A stretch of 64,000 bases of DNA, from positions 25,441 to 89,440 of the forward strand of contig CAWIKP010000012.1 of NCBI GenBank assembly GCA_963836735.1. The letters run 5' to 3'. The notes beneath the pieces were generated by a model. The model saw only the letters and a list, made by a program, of their open reading frames with translations, had not been told where the DNA came from and searched no databases. Source of the DNA: an uncultured Acidobacteriota bacterium. Its GTDB lineage: Bacteria; Acidobacteriota; Vicinamibacteria; Vicinamibacterales; 2-12-FULL-66-21. This document shows, one piece after another, positions 20,173 through 31,013 of this stretch (its first letter is position 1; every line of letters starts with the position of its first letter). The position numbers and the translations under genes were made by a program.

Positions 20173-21615
20173 CTACTTCTCCCCCACCGGATTCCCCTCG
20201 ATGTCGTAGTAGACAATCGGCGCGATGTTGGCCGCCTTGAGCGGCCCTTCGATGAGCTTGCGATCGCCGACAATCACGATATCCAGCTTGTCGACGGTCA
20301 CGTACTGTTTCGCCACCCGCAGCACATCGTCTTTCGTGATCGCGGCGATCCGCTTCGTGTACTGCTGGTAGTAGTCGTCCGGCAGGTTCTGCACCCACAG
20401 GCCCGTCAGCGCCGAGTTGATGCTGCTGACGGATGCGAACGTCCCGGGAAGACGCTGGATCAGCGCGTCCTTCGCGACGCTCAACTCTTCATCGGTAATC
20501 GGCCTGGCGCCCAGGATGCCGCGGAGCTCCTTCATGAACTCGACGAGCGCCGCATCGCTCTTCTCGGTCACGATGTCGCCGCCGGTCCGGAAAGGACCCG
20601 GACCCTTGCCATATCCGAAGCCCGAGGTCACGCCGTAGCTGTAGCCCTTCTCCTCGCGGATATTGGCGTTCAGGCGCGACTGGAACATGCCGCCGAGCAT
20701 CGTGTTCATGACCTGGATCGCGTAGTAGTCCGGCGTGTTCCTCGGCGGCCCCGGCCGTCCAATCGCGAAGGTGGACTGCGCCGCGCCCGGCTTGTCGACC
20801 AGGAAAATCGTGGTGGCCTTCGGCTCCGCAACCGGCGGGAACGTGAACGAAGGCTTCTCTCCACCCTTCGTCCAGGCCCCCAGCGCCTTTTCGATCACGG
20901 GCTTGACGTTCGCGGCGGTGGTGTCACCAACAACGGTGATCAGCGCGCGCCCGGGCAGGTAGTAGGCCTTGTGAAACTCGACGAGGTCCGCGCGCGTGAC
21001 GGCCTTCAGCGATTCCTCGGTCACCACGCGCCCGTAGGGATGCCCGGAGCCGTAGACGATGCGGGGAAAGACCCGATTGGCAATCGCACCGGGCTGCGCG
21101 CGCGCCTGGGTCAGCTGGACCAGCCGCTGCCCGCGCAGCCGCTCGAGCCCGTTGTCCGGAAACGTCGGGTTGACCAGCATGTCGGCAAGGATGTCCAGCG
21201 TGGCTGGTAACTTCGCCGTGGTCGATCGGAAGCTGATCGATCCGCTCTCGCCCGCGACCGACGCGCTCACCGACGTCCCGAGCAGCTGCAGCGCGTTCGA
21301 CAGCGCCTCGGCGTCACGCGTTTTCGTGCCCTCGCTCAGCAGAGCCGCGGTGAGCGAGGCGACACTCTGCTTGCCTGCCGGCTCGAACTGATCGGCGCCG
21401 CCGAGGAACGTGATCGAGAACGAGATGAGCGGCAGGTCGTGCTTCTCGGAGACGATGAGCTCGGCACCGTTGGCCAGCGTGCTCTTCGTCCATGCGGGCA
21501 CCCGCAGTTCCGGCGTCTTCCCCGGCGGCGGAACCTTCTTTCGATCGAGCCCCTGCTGCGCGGAGGGCGCCGCCGACAGCAGCAGGAGCACAGCGAACGC
21601 GATCCCGCCCCTCAT
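20173..21615 (-). CDS. M16-family (insulinase-like) peptidase, probably the non-catalytic partner
   Basis: Intact 480-aa ORF with a signal peptide and M16 fold features, but I see no HxxEH motif. It overlaps the upstream M16 gene by 4 nt. Confidence 0.75.
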   Translation of the reverse strand: MRGGIAFAVLLLLSAAPSAQQGLDRKKVPPPGKTPELRVPAWTKSTLANGAELIVSEKHDLPLISFSITFLGGADQFEPAGKQSVASLTAALLSEGTKTRDAEALSNALQLLGTSVSASVAGESGSISFRSTTAKLPATLDILADMLVNPTFPDNGLERLRGQRLVQLTQARAQPGAIANRVFPRIVYGSGHPYGRVVTEESLKAVTRADLVEFHKAYYLPGRALITVVGDTTAANVKPVIEKALGAWTKGGEKPSFTFPPVAEPKATTIFLVDKPGAAQSTFAIGRPGPPRNTPDYYAIQVMNTMLGGMFQSRLNANIREEKGYSYGVTSGFGYGKGPGPFRTGGDIVTEKSDAALVEFMKELRGILGARPITDEELSVAKDALIQRLPGTFASVSSINSALTGLWVQNLPDDYYQQYTKRIAAITKDDVLRVAKQYVTVDKLDIVIVGDRKLIEGPLKAANIAPIVYYDIEGNPVGEK

Positions 21616-23051
21616 TTGCCACCTGCCGGTTTCTTGGCGTCGTAGTCGGTCACCCGCTTGCTCTGGTCGGGCTTCGCCGCCTGATCCAGCTTGCCCTCCG
21701 GCACGACGCTGAGCACCACGCGTCCACTCGTCAGGTACTTGTTCGCCACGCGCTTGACGTCCTCGGCGGTCACCGAGAGCGTCTTCTTGTAGGCGGTTCG
21801 GAAATAGCCGGCGTCGCCGTGATAGCCCGCGCCGTCAGCCAGTTGAAAGGCCTTGCCCAGGTTCGACTCCAGGTTGCTCACGAAGCCCAGCTCCTCGCCG
21901 GCGATCGCCTTCTGAATCTCCTCGGCGGTGGGGCCTTCCTTCTTCAGCCGCTCGATGATCGCCTCGCTCGCCGCTTCGAGCGAGGTCAGCGTGTGCCCGG
22001 GCCGCGGCGTGATGATCAGGATGAACTCTCCGACATCCTCGTTGGTGGACTGACCCGACTGCACGGAGGCCGCGGCCTGCTCGTCGTAGACCAGCGCTTT
22101 GGTGATCCGCGCCGTGCGCGCGCCGCTCAGGATCGTGCCGAGCACGTCGAGGGCGAAGCGGTCGTCGTGCTTCTCGCCGACCGTCGGCCACTGGATGTAG
22201 AGGCGAGGGACCTGCACGCGGTCCTCGTAAACGAGCCGCTTCTCCGCGCTGAGCGTCACCGGTTCGACCTTCGGCCGGGTGATCGGCTTGCCGCGGCCGA
22301 TGTCGCCGAAGTACTTGGTCACCCAGGCCTTGGTCTGGGCGCTGTCGAAGTCCCCCACGATCGACAGATAGGCGTTGTTGGGCGCGTAGTACAGCCGGAA
22401 GAAGTTCTTGACGTCCTCTTCGGACGCCGCGGACAGGTCCTCCATGCTGCCAATCACGTCCCATGAGTAGGGATGGGTGGACGGATAGGTGGCGTGCGCG
22501 AGGATTTCACCGGCGCGGCCGTACGGCTGGTTGTCGTACGCACTGCCGGCGCTCGTTCTTCACGATGTCCCGCTGCGCGTTCAGCTTGGCCAGGTCGAGC
22601 GCGTCGAGCAGGTAGCCCATGCGGTCGGCCTCGAGCCAGAGCGCGGACTCGAGATAGTTCGACGGCACCGTCTCGTAATACGTCGTCCGATCGTTGTTGG
22701 TGGTCCCGTTGTTCGATCCGCCGACGCCTTCGGTGAGCTTGTCGTGCAGACCGTAGGGCACGTTGCCCGAACCGGTGAACATGACGTGCTCGAACAGATG
22801 GGCGAAGCCCGTTCGTCCGACCACTTCGTTCTTCGAGCCCACCTTGTACCAGACGTTGACCGCGACGGTCGGCGTGGCCTTGTCGGGCGACAGGATCACC
22901 GTCAGGCCATTCGGCAGCGTGTAGGTTTCAAATGGCAGCTTGATGGCGTCGCGCGCCGGCTGCGGCCGGGACGCGTCGGGGACTGAGCGGACAGCGCAGT
23001 GCTCAGCGAGAGGGTGATGACGAAGGCAAGTCTGCGTATGGGTGAATGCAC
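21612..23051 (-). pseudogene. M16-family zinc peptidase (HxxEH); frame broken near 22538-22546 and 22977-22983
   Basis: Three fragments make up the gene. The first has a GTG start at 23051 with a signal peptide (VHSPIRRLAFVITLSLSTALSAQ). The second is PDASRPQPARDAIKLPFETYTLPNGLTVILSPDK...GFAHLFEHVMFTGS (ORF 22507..22899). The third is ...YDNQPYGRAGEILAHATYPSTHPYSWDVIGSMEDL... (ORF 21612..22457). Confidence 0.85.
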
Positions 23052-23091
23052 AGCTCTTTCTCGCTTGTTGATGCTCGTCTGCGTCTGGTGC

Positions 23092-23111
23092 CTTCCGCCT
23101 TTAGGCGGAAG
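23092..23111 (-). terminator. Hairpin CTTCCGCC-N4-GGCGGAAG after the corC stop
   Basis: The 8-bp stem is identical to the one at 3067-3086 and the loop is TTTA. It lies 5 nt past the corC stop (23117-23119). Confidence 0.45.
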
Positions 23112-23116
23112 ATCCC

Positions 23117-24376
23117 CTATTCTGCCTCGACTGATGCGACCGGGGCCGCTCGACGAATCTTGACCCGGTGGATCCGGCGGCGTTCCGCTTCCACGACTTC
23201 GACGACCAGGCCGTCGAGCTCGAAGGCCTCGCCGACCGACGGCACGCGTCCCACTCGGGTGAGGACGTAGCCGCCGACCGTTTCGAAGCCTTCCGGCTGG
23301 ATCTCGACGTGCAGCCAATCCCGCACCTCGGCGAAGTTCGCCTTGCCGCTGAATACGTATGTGCCGTGGCCGACCTCGACCACCGGTTCGGCTTCCACGT
23401 CGTACTCGTCCCGGATCTCTCCGACAATTTCCTCGAGGAGATCCTCCAGCGTGGCCAGGCCGGCGGTGCCGCCGTATTCGTCCACGACGATCGCGAGCTG
23501 GACCTGCTTGCGCTGGAATTCCTTCAGCAGATCGGAGACCCGCTTGGTTTCCGGCACGAAGGTCGCCGGCCGCAACAGCGGCAGGATGCTGTCGGAGTCC
23601 TTCGAGTCGTCGGCCAGTCGAATCAGGTCTTTGACGAATATGACGCCGAGAATGTTGTCGAGGTTTTCCTTGTAGACCGGGATTCTGGAGTACTCCTGCT
23701 CCCGGAACAACGCGCGCAGGTCGGCGATCCTGGCGTCTTCCGTGATCGCGACGATGTCCGGCCGCGGCGTCATGACCTCGCGCACCAGCGTGTCGCTGAA
23801 CTCGACGATTGACTGCAGCAGCCGCCGCTCGTCCCCTTCCATCAGGTGCTGTTCCTCTGCCGTGTCCGGCGCGGTGTCCGGGGCGGCGCGCGGCTCCTCG
23901 ACGACTGGATTTACCGCCTGCGACGCGTGCCGATCGCGCCGGGCATCGACGATCAGCCGCACCAGCGCATTGGTCAGCGGCGCGACGAAACGGGCGGCGA
24001 CATCGAAGGGCGGCAGCAGCACCTTGAGCACCCGTTCGGGATCGCGGCGCGCGATGAACATCGGCACGACGTGCTCGCAGATGAGGATGAAGATCGCGAC
24101 GAACAGCAGCAGCATTCCAATCGACTGGAACGTTCCGGTCCGCCGCGTCAGGATCGCGATCGCCATGGTGGCGAGCGAGAAGATGATGCCCAGAATCAGC
24201 CTGGCGGGCACGAACAGGCGGATCGGGTCGTCGAAATAGAAGCCGAGCCGATCGTCGCGGCCGCCACGCTCGACCATGAGCCGCAGCGACAGGCGCATCA
24301 GCGTGCTGAAGGCGGTCTCGATGGTCCCCACGTAGACGGCGGCAACCGCCAGCAGGAGCAGGAGGACTGGTATCAC
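23117..24376 (-). CDS. HlyC/CorC-family transporter (DUF21-CBS-CorC_HlyC)
   Basis: Intact 419-aa ORF with an N-terminal 4-TM DUF21, a CBS pair ([14 protein letters not shown]...) and a C-terminal CorC_HlyC domain. It is the third gene of the phoH-ybeY-corC cluster. Confidence 0.88.
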   Translation of the reverse strand: MIPVLLLLLAVAAVYVGTIETAFSTLMRLSLRLMVERGGRDDRLGFYFDDPIRLFVPARLILGIIFSLATMAIAILTRRTGTFQSIGMLLLFVAIFILICEHVVPMFIARRDPERVLKVLLPPFDVAARFVAPLTNALVRLIVDARRDRHASQAVNPVVEEPRAAPDTAPDTAEEQHLMEGDERRLLQSIVEFSDTLVREVMTPRPDIVAITEDARIADLRALFREQEYSRIPVYKENLDNILGVIFVKDLIRLADDSKDSDSILPLLRPATFVPETKRVSDLLKEFQRKQVQLAIVVDEYGGTAGLATLEDLLEEIVGEIRDEYDVEAEPVVEVGHGTYVFSGKANFAEVRDWLHVEIQPEGFETVGGYVLTRVGRVPSVGEAFELDGLVVEVVEAERRRIHRVKIRRAAPVASVEAE

Positions 24377-24906
24377 CGGCCGGCTCCAGCCCGGGCAATC
24401 AGACCGGTCGGCAGCCCGCCGCGGCGGCGCAGTCGCGTCTCTGCCCGGGCCATACGGCCGTGGTCGTCCGGGGCGGCGTGGTCGTAGCCCAGAAGGTGAA
24501 GGAAACCATGAAGGGCGAGAAGGCGCAACTCGGTCGGGTACGCGTGGCCGGCCTCCCTGGCCTGCCGCTTCGCCACGCCTGTCGCAATGACGATGTCGCC
24601 GAGGAAGCGGCCGTTCGACTCGCGTTGTTCATGCGCTCGCTCAGGCCAGGCTGGTCCGCTTGCCCTGAGCGAGGCGGAGCCGAGTCGAAGGGCGGGAAAC
24701 GACAGAACGTCCGTCGCGTAATCCTTGCCCCGGTATTGCCGATTCAGCTTGCGGATGTGGGGGTCGGGGACCAGCGCAATCGCGACCTCGCCGTGCAGGC
24801 GCGCGGGGAGCACGGCGGCCAGCCATCGAGCCAGGCCGCCATCGGCGATCCGGCGGCCGTGGCCGTCGGTCACCGTCACGCTGACGCGTCTACTGTCGGG
24901 ATCCAC
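24373..24906 (-). CDS. ybeY: rRNA maturation endoribonuclease YbeY
   Basis: 177 aa with the zinc motif [11 protein letters not shown], plus TDVLSFP and LGDIVI. It carries a longer-than-usual insert ([28 protein letters not shown]) that coincides with a 10-bp inverted repeat at 24636-24673. Confidence 0.88.
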   Translation of the reverse strand: MDPDSRRVSVTVTDGHGRRIADGGLARWLAAVLPARLHGEVAIALVPDPHIRKLNRQYRGKDYATDVLSFPALRLGSASLRASGPAWPERAHEQRESNGRFLGDIVIATGVAKRQAREAGHAYPTELRLLALHGFLHLLGYDHAAPDDHGRMARAETRLRRRGGLPTGLIARAGAGR

Positions 24907-25843
24907 CGTACGATTCGTACACCTTGACGATCTGCTGCACCAGCTGGTGGCGCACGACGTCCTTGTCGTCGAACCGGATGAATGCGATGCCCTCGATGTT
25001 ACCGACGACCTTCATCGCTTCGACCAGTCCCGACGTCCGGCCCGTCGGGAGATCGATCTGGGTGATGTCTCCGGTAATGACCGCCTTCGACCCGAAGCCG
25101 AGGCGCGTGAGGAACATCTTCATCTGTTCGGAGGTGGTGTTCTGCGCCTCGTCCAGGATGACGAAGGCGTCATTCAGCGTGCGGCCGCGCATGAACGCGA
25201 TCGGCGCCACCTCGACGGTCCCGCGTTCGATCAGGCGTTCGGCCCGCTCCACGTCGAGCATGTCGTAGAGCGCGTCGTACAGGGGCCGCAGATACGGGTT
25301 GACCTTCTCCTGCAGATCGCCCGGCAGGAAGCCGAGCTTTTCCCCGGCTTCCACCGCCGGCCGCGCCAGGATGATCCGGGTGACCTTCTTCGCGAGCAGG
25401 AACGACACCGCCTGCGCCATGGCGAGATAGGTCTTTCCGGTACCGGCAGGTCCGATGCCGAACACGATGTCGTGGTTCTCGATCACGTCGAGATAGCGGC
25501 GCTGATTGACGCTCTTCGGCAGGACCTGGCGCTTGCCGGAGGTCCGCGGCGCGCCGCGCAGGAAATAGTCGGCGAGCTCGACGTTCTCGTCCTGCGCCAC
25601 GAGCTGAGCGGCGGTCTTCACGTCCCCCTTCGCCAGCCGATAGCCGCCCCGCATCAGGCTGGCCAGCTGATCGAGCACACGTTCGGCGCGCAGCGCATCC
25701 GGCGCATCGCCTTCCACGATCAGCTCCTCGCCGCTCGTGCGAATCCGCACGTTGAAGAGCCCTTCGAGGTGCTTGAGGTTCTCGTCGTAATTCCCGAACA
25801 GCGATTCGGCGCCCTCATCGGGAACCGGAATCTTGCGCATCAC
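24890..25843 (-). CDS. phoH: PhoH-family ATPase
   Basis: Intact 317-aa ORF with Walker A ([11 protein letters not shown]) and the PhoH signature (ILDEAQNTT). Confidence 0.9.
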   Translation of the reverse strand: MMRKIPVPDEGAESLFGNYDENLKHLEGLFNVRIRTSGEELIVEGDAPDALRAERVLDQLASLMRGGYRLAKGDVKTAAQLVAQDENVELADYFLRGAPRTSGKRQVLPKSVNQRRYLDVIENHDIVFGIGPAGTGKTYLAMAQAVSFLLAKKVTRIILARPAVEAGEKLGFLPGDLQEKVNPYLRPLYDALYDMLDVERAERLIERGTVEVAPIAFMRGRTLNDAFVILDEAQNTTSEQMKMFLTRLGFGSKAVITGDITQIDLPTGRTSGLVEAMKVVGNIEGIAFIRFDDKDVVRHQLVQQIVKVYESYGGSRQ

Positions 25844-25897
25844 GGTAGCGGGCGGTATAGGGGGAACTCCTTAGTGGTGAATGGATTGGATGGTACC

Positions 25898-26052
25898 ACA
25901 ACGACAACTCCCAACTCCCAACTTCCAACTCCCAAGGGAAGTCCTTCGAAGAAACCGGGTGAAAGCCGGCCAACCCGCTGGATCGGACGGCTTTCACCCG
26001 GTTGTTCGATCGTTTCGCCTTGGGAGTTGGAAGTTGGGCGTTGGGAGTTGTG
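25898..26052. repeat. Tandem-repeat-armed palindrome (unit CAACTCC / GGAGTTG) with a perfect 16-bp inner hairpin, in the aspS-phoH gap
   Basis: Left arm 25898-25937 is acaacgacaactcccaactcccaacttccaactcccaagg. Right arm 26018-26052 is ccttgggagttggaagttgggcgttgggagttgtgt. The inner stem is aaccgggtgaaagccg (25953-25968) paired with cggctttcacccggtt (25988-26003). Its 19-nt loop contains GCTGGATC. The element ends at the aspS stop (26053). Confidence 0.88.
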
Positions 26053-27822
26053 TCAGTCGACCTTGAGATGCAGCTCCCTGAGCTGCTTCCTGTTGACTGT
26101 CGAGGGTGCCCCGGCCATGAGATCGACGGCTTGCGCGGTCTTCGGGAAGGCGATGACGTCGCGGATCGACGGCTCCCCGCACAGGATCGCGACCGTCCGA
26201 TCCAGGCCAATCGCGATGCCGCCGTGCGGGGGCGTCCCGTATTCGAGCGCGTCGAGGAAGAAGCCGAAGCGGAGCTTTGCCTCCTCGTCCGAGATCTTCA
26301 ACAGCTTGAAGATCAGGCGCTGCAGCGCCTGATCGTGAATCCTGATGCTGCCGCCGGCGATCTCGCTGCCGTTCAGGACCAGATCGTAGGCCCGGGCCCG
26401 CACGCTGCCCTGATCCGACTCCAGCCGGGCCGCGTCCGCTTCGAGCGGCGCCGTGAACGGGTGGTGCATGAACTCGTAGCGGTTCTCCTCTTCCAGCCAC
26501 TCGAACATCGGAAAGTCGACCACCCACAGGAACTCGAAGCGATCCGGATCGAGCAGGTTCAGCTTCTTCGCCACGTGGAGGCGAAGCTGGCCGAGTGTTG
26601 TTGCGGTCGGATAGTGCTTCCCGGCGGCCATCACCAGCAGGTCCTCGGGACCGCACGACGCCAGCTCCAGCGCTGCCTTGATCGCGTCCTCACCGGCGGT
26701 CTTGAGCGCCGGGCTCTGCGGCGTGCCCTCGGACGTTCGCGCCCAGACCAGGCCCGCGGCGCCGAACTGCTTCGCCTGCTCGGTCAGCTCGTCGAGCTCA
26801 CGGCGCGAGTACCTGGCCGCCCCGGGAATCACGAACCCGCGCACTTCGCCGCCGGCGTCGAGCGCGCTGCGGAACGGTGGAAATGCCGACGCGTCGAACG
26901 CCTTCGACAGGGATACGAGCTCCATCCCGGCGCGCAGGTCCGGCTTGTCGGACCCGTACTTCGCGATGGCCTCGGCGTAGGGCAGCTTCCTGAACGGGTG
27001 CGAGACCTCGCGTCCAATCAGCCGCAGCAGCCGATCCATCAGCGGCTCGATGGTGGCGAACACGAGCGACTCGGTGGCGAAGGAGATCTCGAGGTCCACC
27101 TGCGTGAACTCGGGCTGCCGATCGGCGCGCAGGTCCTCGTCGCGGAAGCACTTCACGATCTGGAAGTACCGATCCAGTCCCGAGATCATCAGGATCTGCT
27201 TGAAGATCTGCGGCGACTGGGGCAGCGCGTAGAACTCCCCCGGGTGGACGCGGCTGGGCACCAGGTAGTCGCGCGCCCCTTCGGGTGTCGACTTGGTGAG
27301 CATGGGCGTCTCGATCTCGAGGAAGCCCCGCTCGTCGAAGTACTTCCTGATCTCCATCGTCGCCCGGTGACGGAGGATGACGTTGCGCTGCATGCGCGAG
27401 CGGCGGAGGTCCAGATAGCGGTACTTCAGCCGCGTGTCTTCGGCGACCGGGCCTTCGTCGGCGATCGGGAATGGCGGCGTCTTCGCGTCGTTGAGCAGCC
27501 GGACTTCGCTCAGCGCGATCTCGATCTCCCCGGTCTTGAGCTTCGGATTCACCGATTCCGGCGACCGGCGCTCGACCGTGCCGATCACCGCCACCACGTA
27601 CTCAGGTCGCAGGGACTGCACGGCTTCGACCAGTGCCGGGTTGTCGCGTGCCACCACCTGGGTGATGCCGTGCCGGTCACGGATATCGATGAACGCCAGC
27701 GATCCAAGATCGCGCAGCCGGTGCACCCATCCGAGGAGGACGACCTGCTGACCGGCGTATTGCAGTCCCAGCTCGCCGCACGTGTGGGTGCGGGCGAGGT
27801 GTTCGAGCGGTTGAATGTTCAT
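26053..27822 (-). CDS. aspS: Aspartate--tRNA ligase
   Basis: Intact 589-aa ORF with the OB anticodon domain, class II motif 2 (FRDEDLRADRQPEFTQVDLE) and motif 3 (GGIAIGLDRTVAIL). Confidence 0.95.
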   Translation of the reverse strand: MNIQPLEHLARTHTCGELGLQYAGQQVVLLGWVHRLRDLGSLAFIDIRDRHGITQVVARDNPALVEAVQSLRPEYVVAVIGTVERRSPESVNPKLKTGEIEIALSEVRLLNDAKTPPFPIADEGPVAEDTRLKYRYLDLRRSRMQRNVILRHRATMEIRKYFDERGFLEIETPMLTKSTPEGARDYLVPSRVHPGEFYALPQSPQIFKQILMISGLDRYFQIVKCFRDEDLRADRQPEFTQVDLEISFATESLVFATIEPLMDRLLRLIGREVSHPFRKLPYAEAIAKYGSDKPDLRAGMELVSLSKAFDASAFPPFRSALDAGGEVRGFVIPGAARYSRRELDELTEQAKQFGAAGLVWARTSEGTPQSPALKTAGEDAIKAALELASCGPEDLLVMAAGKHYPTATTLGQLRLHVAKKLNLLDPDRFEFLWVVDFPMFEWLEEENRYEFMHHPFTAPLEADAARLESDQGSVRARAYDLVLNGSEIAGGSIRIHDQALQRLIFKLLKISDEEAKLRFGFFLDALEYGTPPHGGIAIGLDRTVAILCGEPSIRDVIAFPKTAQAVDLMAGAPSTVNRKQLRELHLKVD

Positions 27823-29158
27823 TGTCCTTCTTCAGAGGCCTGACGCACGACCGCCTGGCGGAGCGCCGCCGGCAGCTCGGCCCTGGGGATTGGCTGCTGC
27901 TCCCCGGACCGCATGTCCTTGATGGTGACGACGCCCCGCGCGCGTTCGTCGGCGCCGAGGACGGCGACGCGGGCAATCGCGGCGGCGCTCGCGTACTTGA
28001 ACTGCTTCCCGAGCTTGTCCGGCTCTGGATAGACCTCGACGCGCAACCCGGCCTGGCGCAGTTCCGCCGCCAGGCGCAACGCCTCCGCGGGATCCTCGCC
28101 TTCGAAGAGCGTGACCAGCACGTCGGCGCCGCCGGCATCGACGCCCGCGGGGAACATGCCCCGCTCCGCCATCACGACGAGAATGCGCTCGAGACCGAGC
28201 GAGAACCCGCACGCGGGGATGTTCTCGCCCGAGAACATCCCGATGAGCCCATCATACCGGCCGCCGCCGCCGAGACTGCCCGCGAGATCCGGAACGTTGA
28301 TCTCCATGATCGCTCCGGTGTAGTAGGACAGCCCGCGCGCGAGCGTCGCGTCGAAGCGCACGTGCGGTCCGGCGCTCGTCTCCGCGGCGAGGTTGAAGAT
28401 CTGCTCGAGCTCCGCGATCGCGCCCTGCGCCTCTGGTCGATCGCCGACGAACTCACGCACCGTCTGCAGCGTGGCATCGGCGGCAAAGGCGGCGAGCAGG
28501 CGCTGACCGTTGGTCGCGATCCCCCGCTCCTGCAGCTCGCGCAGCACGCCCTCGGCGCCGATCTTGTCCATCTTGTCGAGCGCGATGAGTGCCTGACCGT
28601 GCAGCTCGGAGCCCACGCCTGCCGCATCGAGCAGGCCGGCCAGCAGCCGGCGATGGTTGATCCGGATGACGAAGTCGCGAAAGCCCAGTCGCTGCAGCAC
28701 ATCGGCGACCGCCGAGCACAGCTCGGCCTCGACCACCATCGACCGCGACCCGATCGCGTCGACGTCGCACTGGTAGAACTCCCGGAACCGGCCCCGCGCC
28801 GGCCGGTCGGCCCGCCAGACCGGCTGGATCTGATAGCGCTTGAAGAAGCGCGGCAGCTTCCCCGGTGCTCCGCGACCACTCTCGCCAACGGCACGGTGAG
28901 GTCGTAACGGAGCGCCAGATCGGTTTCCCCGGACGACTCGTGCTCGCCCCGCCGCAGCACCTTGAAAATGAGCTTGTTGCCCTCTTCGCCGTACTTGCCG
29001 GTCAGCGTCTCGATGTTCTCGAGCGCGGGTGTCTCCAGCGGCTGGAAACCGTAGCGCCGGTAGGTCTCCTCGACGATGGCGATGACGAACTCGCGGCGGC
29101 GGACATCCTGCGGAAGAAAGTCCCGCATCCCACGCGCGGGACGAACTGACGGGGGCAT
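27819..29158 (-). pseudogene. hisS: Histidine--tRNA ligase; -1 frame break in a C4/G4 run near 28858-28864
   Basis: The N-terminal fragment (ORF 28172..29158) reads MPPSVRPARGMRDFLPQD...DLTVPLARVVAEHRG. The continuation KLPRFFKRYQIQPVWRADRPARGRFREFYQCDVDAIG...GGGRYDGLIGMF... is in the frame of ORF 27819..28739. The gene overlaps aspS by 4 nt. Confidence 0.92.
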
Positions 29159-29180
29159 CTCACGGATCTTAACAAACCGC

Positions 29181-29327
29181 TAAATCCCAAGCTCCAAGTT
29201 CCAAATCCCAAGGCACTCCCGATTCCCAAATCCCAACCAAATTCCCAAGCGACGTGGTCCTGCTATTTGGCTCGGCCCGTTGGCAGCTGGGAGTGCGTTG
29301 GGATTTGGAACTTGGAGCTTGGGATTT
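29181..29327. repeat. Tandem-repeat-armed palindrome (unit ~TCCCAAN / NTTGGGA) in the M20-hisS gap
   Basis: Left arm 29181-29250 is taaatcccaagctccaagttccaaatcccaagg...attcccaagc. Right arm ~29287-29327 is ctgggagtgcgttgggatttggaacttggagcttgggattt. The spacer is ~36 nt. Confidence 0.8.
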
Positions 29328-29370
29328 CGCGTATCCAACCGTCAGTTCTTCCTGACGGTTGGATACGCGA
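29327..29370 (-). terminator. Perfect 19-bp hairpin spanning the stop codon of the M20 gene
   Basis: tcgcgtatccaaccgtcag-ttcttc-ctgacggttggatacgcga. The M20 stop (29342-29344) and its last codons lie inside the stem. There is no U-tract. Confidence 0.5.
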
Positions 29371-30956
29371 TCCCCAACTGCTCCAGGTAAGTCTTGTATC
29401 GGGTCGGGTCGTAGTAGTACTTGCGCATCTCCGGGCGGTAGCGGTCCATGACCCCCTTGTTCAGGAAGATTGCCGGCTTGTCCTCGGGCCGGAGCAGCGG
29501 CTCGTACTTCTGATCCTTCGTCTGCACGTTGCGGAAGTAGTCCCACGCCTGCGCAATCAGCTGCGGCTGCATCATCAGGTCGAGGATCGTCATCGCCTGG
29601 ACCCTGGCGCCGGCGGTCGTCCCTTTGTGGGCGATCGGGGTAGCCATGGCGATGGCGTTGGCCCAGTTGTGCCCCGGCAGGCCGGGAATGTTGGCCGGAT
29701 ATCGCAGCGTCACCGTCGGCACGTTCCACGAGACGTCGCCGATGTCATCCGAGCCGCCACCGCGGTTGTCGGTGACGGGGCCCTGGAGCTCCTTCGGGAG
29801 ACTCGTCGCGAGCCCCTGATCCCGTGAGCCGATCTCTTTCTGCAGCGCCTTGGCCAGGGTCTGATCGGCGTCGCTCCATTTCGGCATCCCGACCTTCTGG
29901 ATGTTCGCCCAGGTCGTTTCGGCCACCGTCTTGTTCATGTGTTGCGGCCATGCCGTGCCGAGGACGCGGCTCGGCAGGAGCTCGGTGCCGGTCATCAGCG
30001 CCGCGGCTTTCGCCATGTCGTCGCCGATCTTCCAGAGCTCCTTGATCCGGGGGTACGAGGTGTGCCGGAAGTAGTACCAGACCGAGGCGTTCACCGGAAC
30101 GACGTTGGGCTGATCGCCGCCGTTCGTGACCACGTAATGGGAGCGATGATCGAGCGGCAGGTGCTCCCGCCGGTAGTTCCAGCCGATGTTCATCAGCTCG
30201 ACGGCGTCGAGCGCGCTTCGTCCGCGCCACGGGGCACCCGCCGCATGCGCGGTCTCGCCGCGGAACGAGGTACTCGACCGACACCAGCCCCGTCCCGGCG
30301 CGCTCCCCCCACGAGACCGCGAGCTCATTGTCCACGTGCGCGAACAATGCGACGTCGACGTCCTTGAAGAATCCGGCGCGCACGAAGTGGGCCTTGGTGC
30401 CGACGAGCTCTTCCGCGGTGCCCGGCCAGATCCGAATCGTGCCCGGCAGCTTCTCGCGCTCCATGATCTTCTTCACCACGATCGCCGCGGTGATGTTCAG
30501 CGCCTGCCCGGAGTTGTGGCCTTCGCCGTGTCCGGGCGCGCCTTCGATCAGGGGATCGTGATAGGCCACCCCCGGCTTCTGCGACGACTGCGGGATCCCG
30601 TCGATATCGGACCCGAGCGCAATCACGGGCTTCCCGGAACCCCAGGTCGCCATGAAGGCGGTCGGAATACCGGCGATGCCCTCCTCCACCGTGAAGCCGT
30701 TCTTCTTCAGCGTGTCGACGAGGTAGCGATGAGTCTCCTGCTCCTGGAACCCGAGCTCCCCGTAACTGAAGATCTGGTCGACCATCTGCTGCGTGAAGAC
30801 AGCCATGCCGTCGACGGCCGCGGCCGCCTCGGTTTTCAGGCGGTCGAGTCGCGGATCCGTCTTCGTGGCCCCCGCTGCGGGCGGCTCCTGCGCCCGCGGC
30901 ATGGCCACCAGCATCGAAATCAGGATGAGAACGGCACAGCCCCGGCCTGCTGACAT
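29342..30956 (-). pseudogene. M20-family amidohydrolase (AbgB-like), exported; frame broken near 30266-30273
   Basis: The N-terminal part starts at ATG 30956 (MSAGRGCAVLILISMLVAMPRAQE...GAPGHGEGHNSGQALN...GLVSVEY) within ORF 29745..31433. The C-terminal part (SFRGETAHAAGAPWRGRSALDAVELMNIGWNYRREHLP...) is in ORF 29342..30328, the +1 frame. Confidence 0.82.
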
Positions 30957-31013
30957 ACGATGTCCTCCCAAACGCTGGCAAATTGACGCATGCGATAATA
31001 AGCGTCTTTCCCG

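Noticed and set aside
30975-30992. A sigma-54-like TGGCA...GCA promoter upstream of moaA, and similar TTGGCA repeats in the arms at 54862-55068.
   Set aside because: The GG-to-GC spacing is off by one to two nucleotides from the -24/-12 consensus in every instance I checked. In the 54.8-55.1 kb element the TTGGCA motif is simply the repeat unit.
30957-31013. A molybdenum-cofactor riboswitch in front of moaA.
   Set aside because: The gap to the divergent upstream gene is only 57 nt. That is too short for the ~130-nt Moco motif, and no conserved core was apparent.
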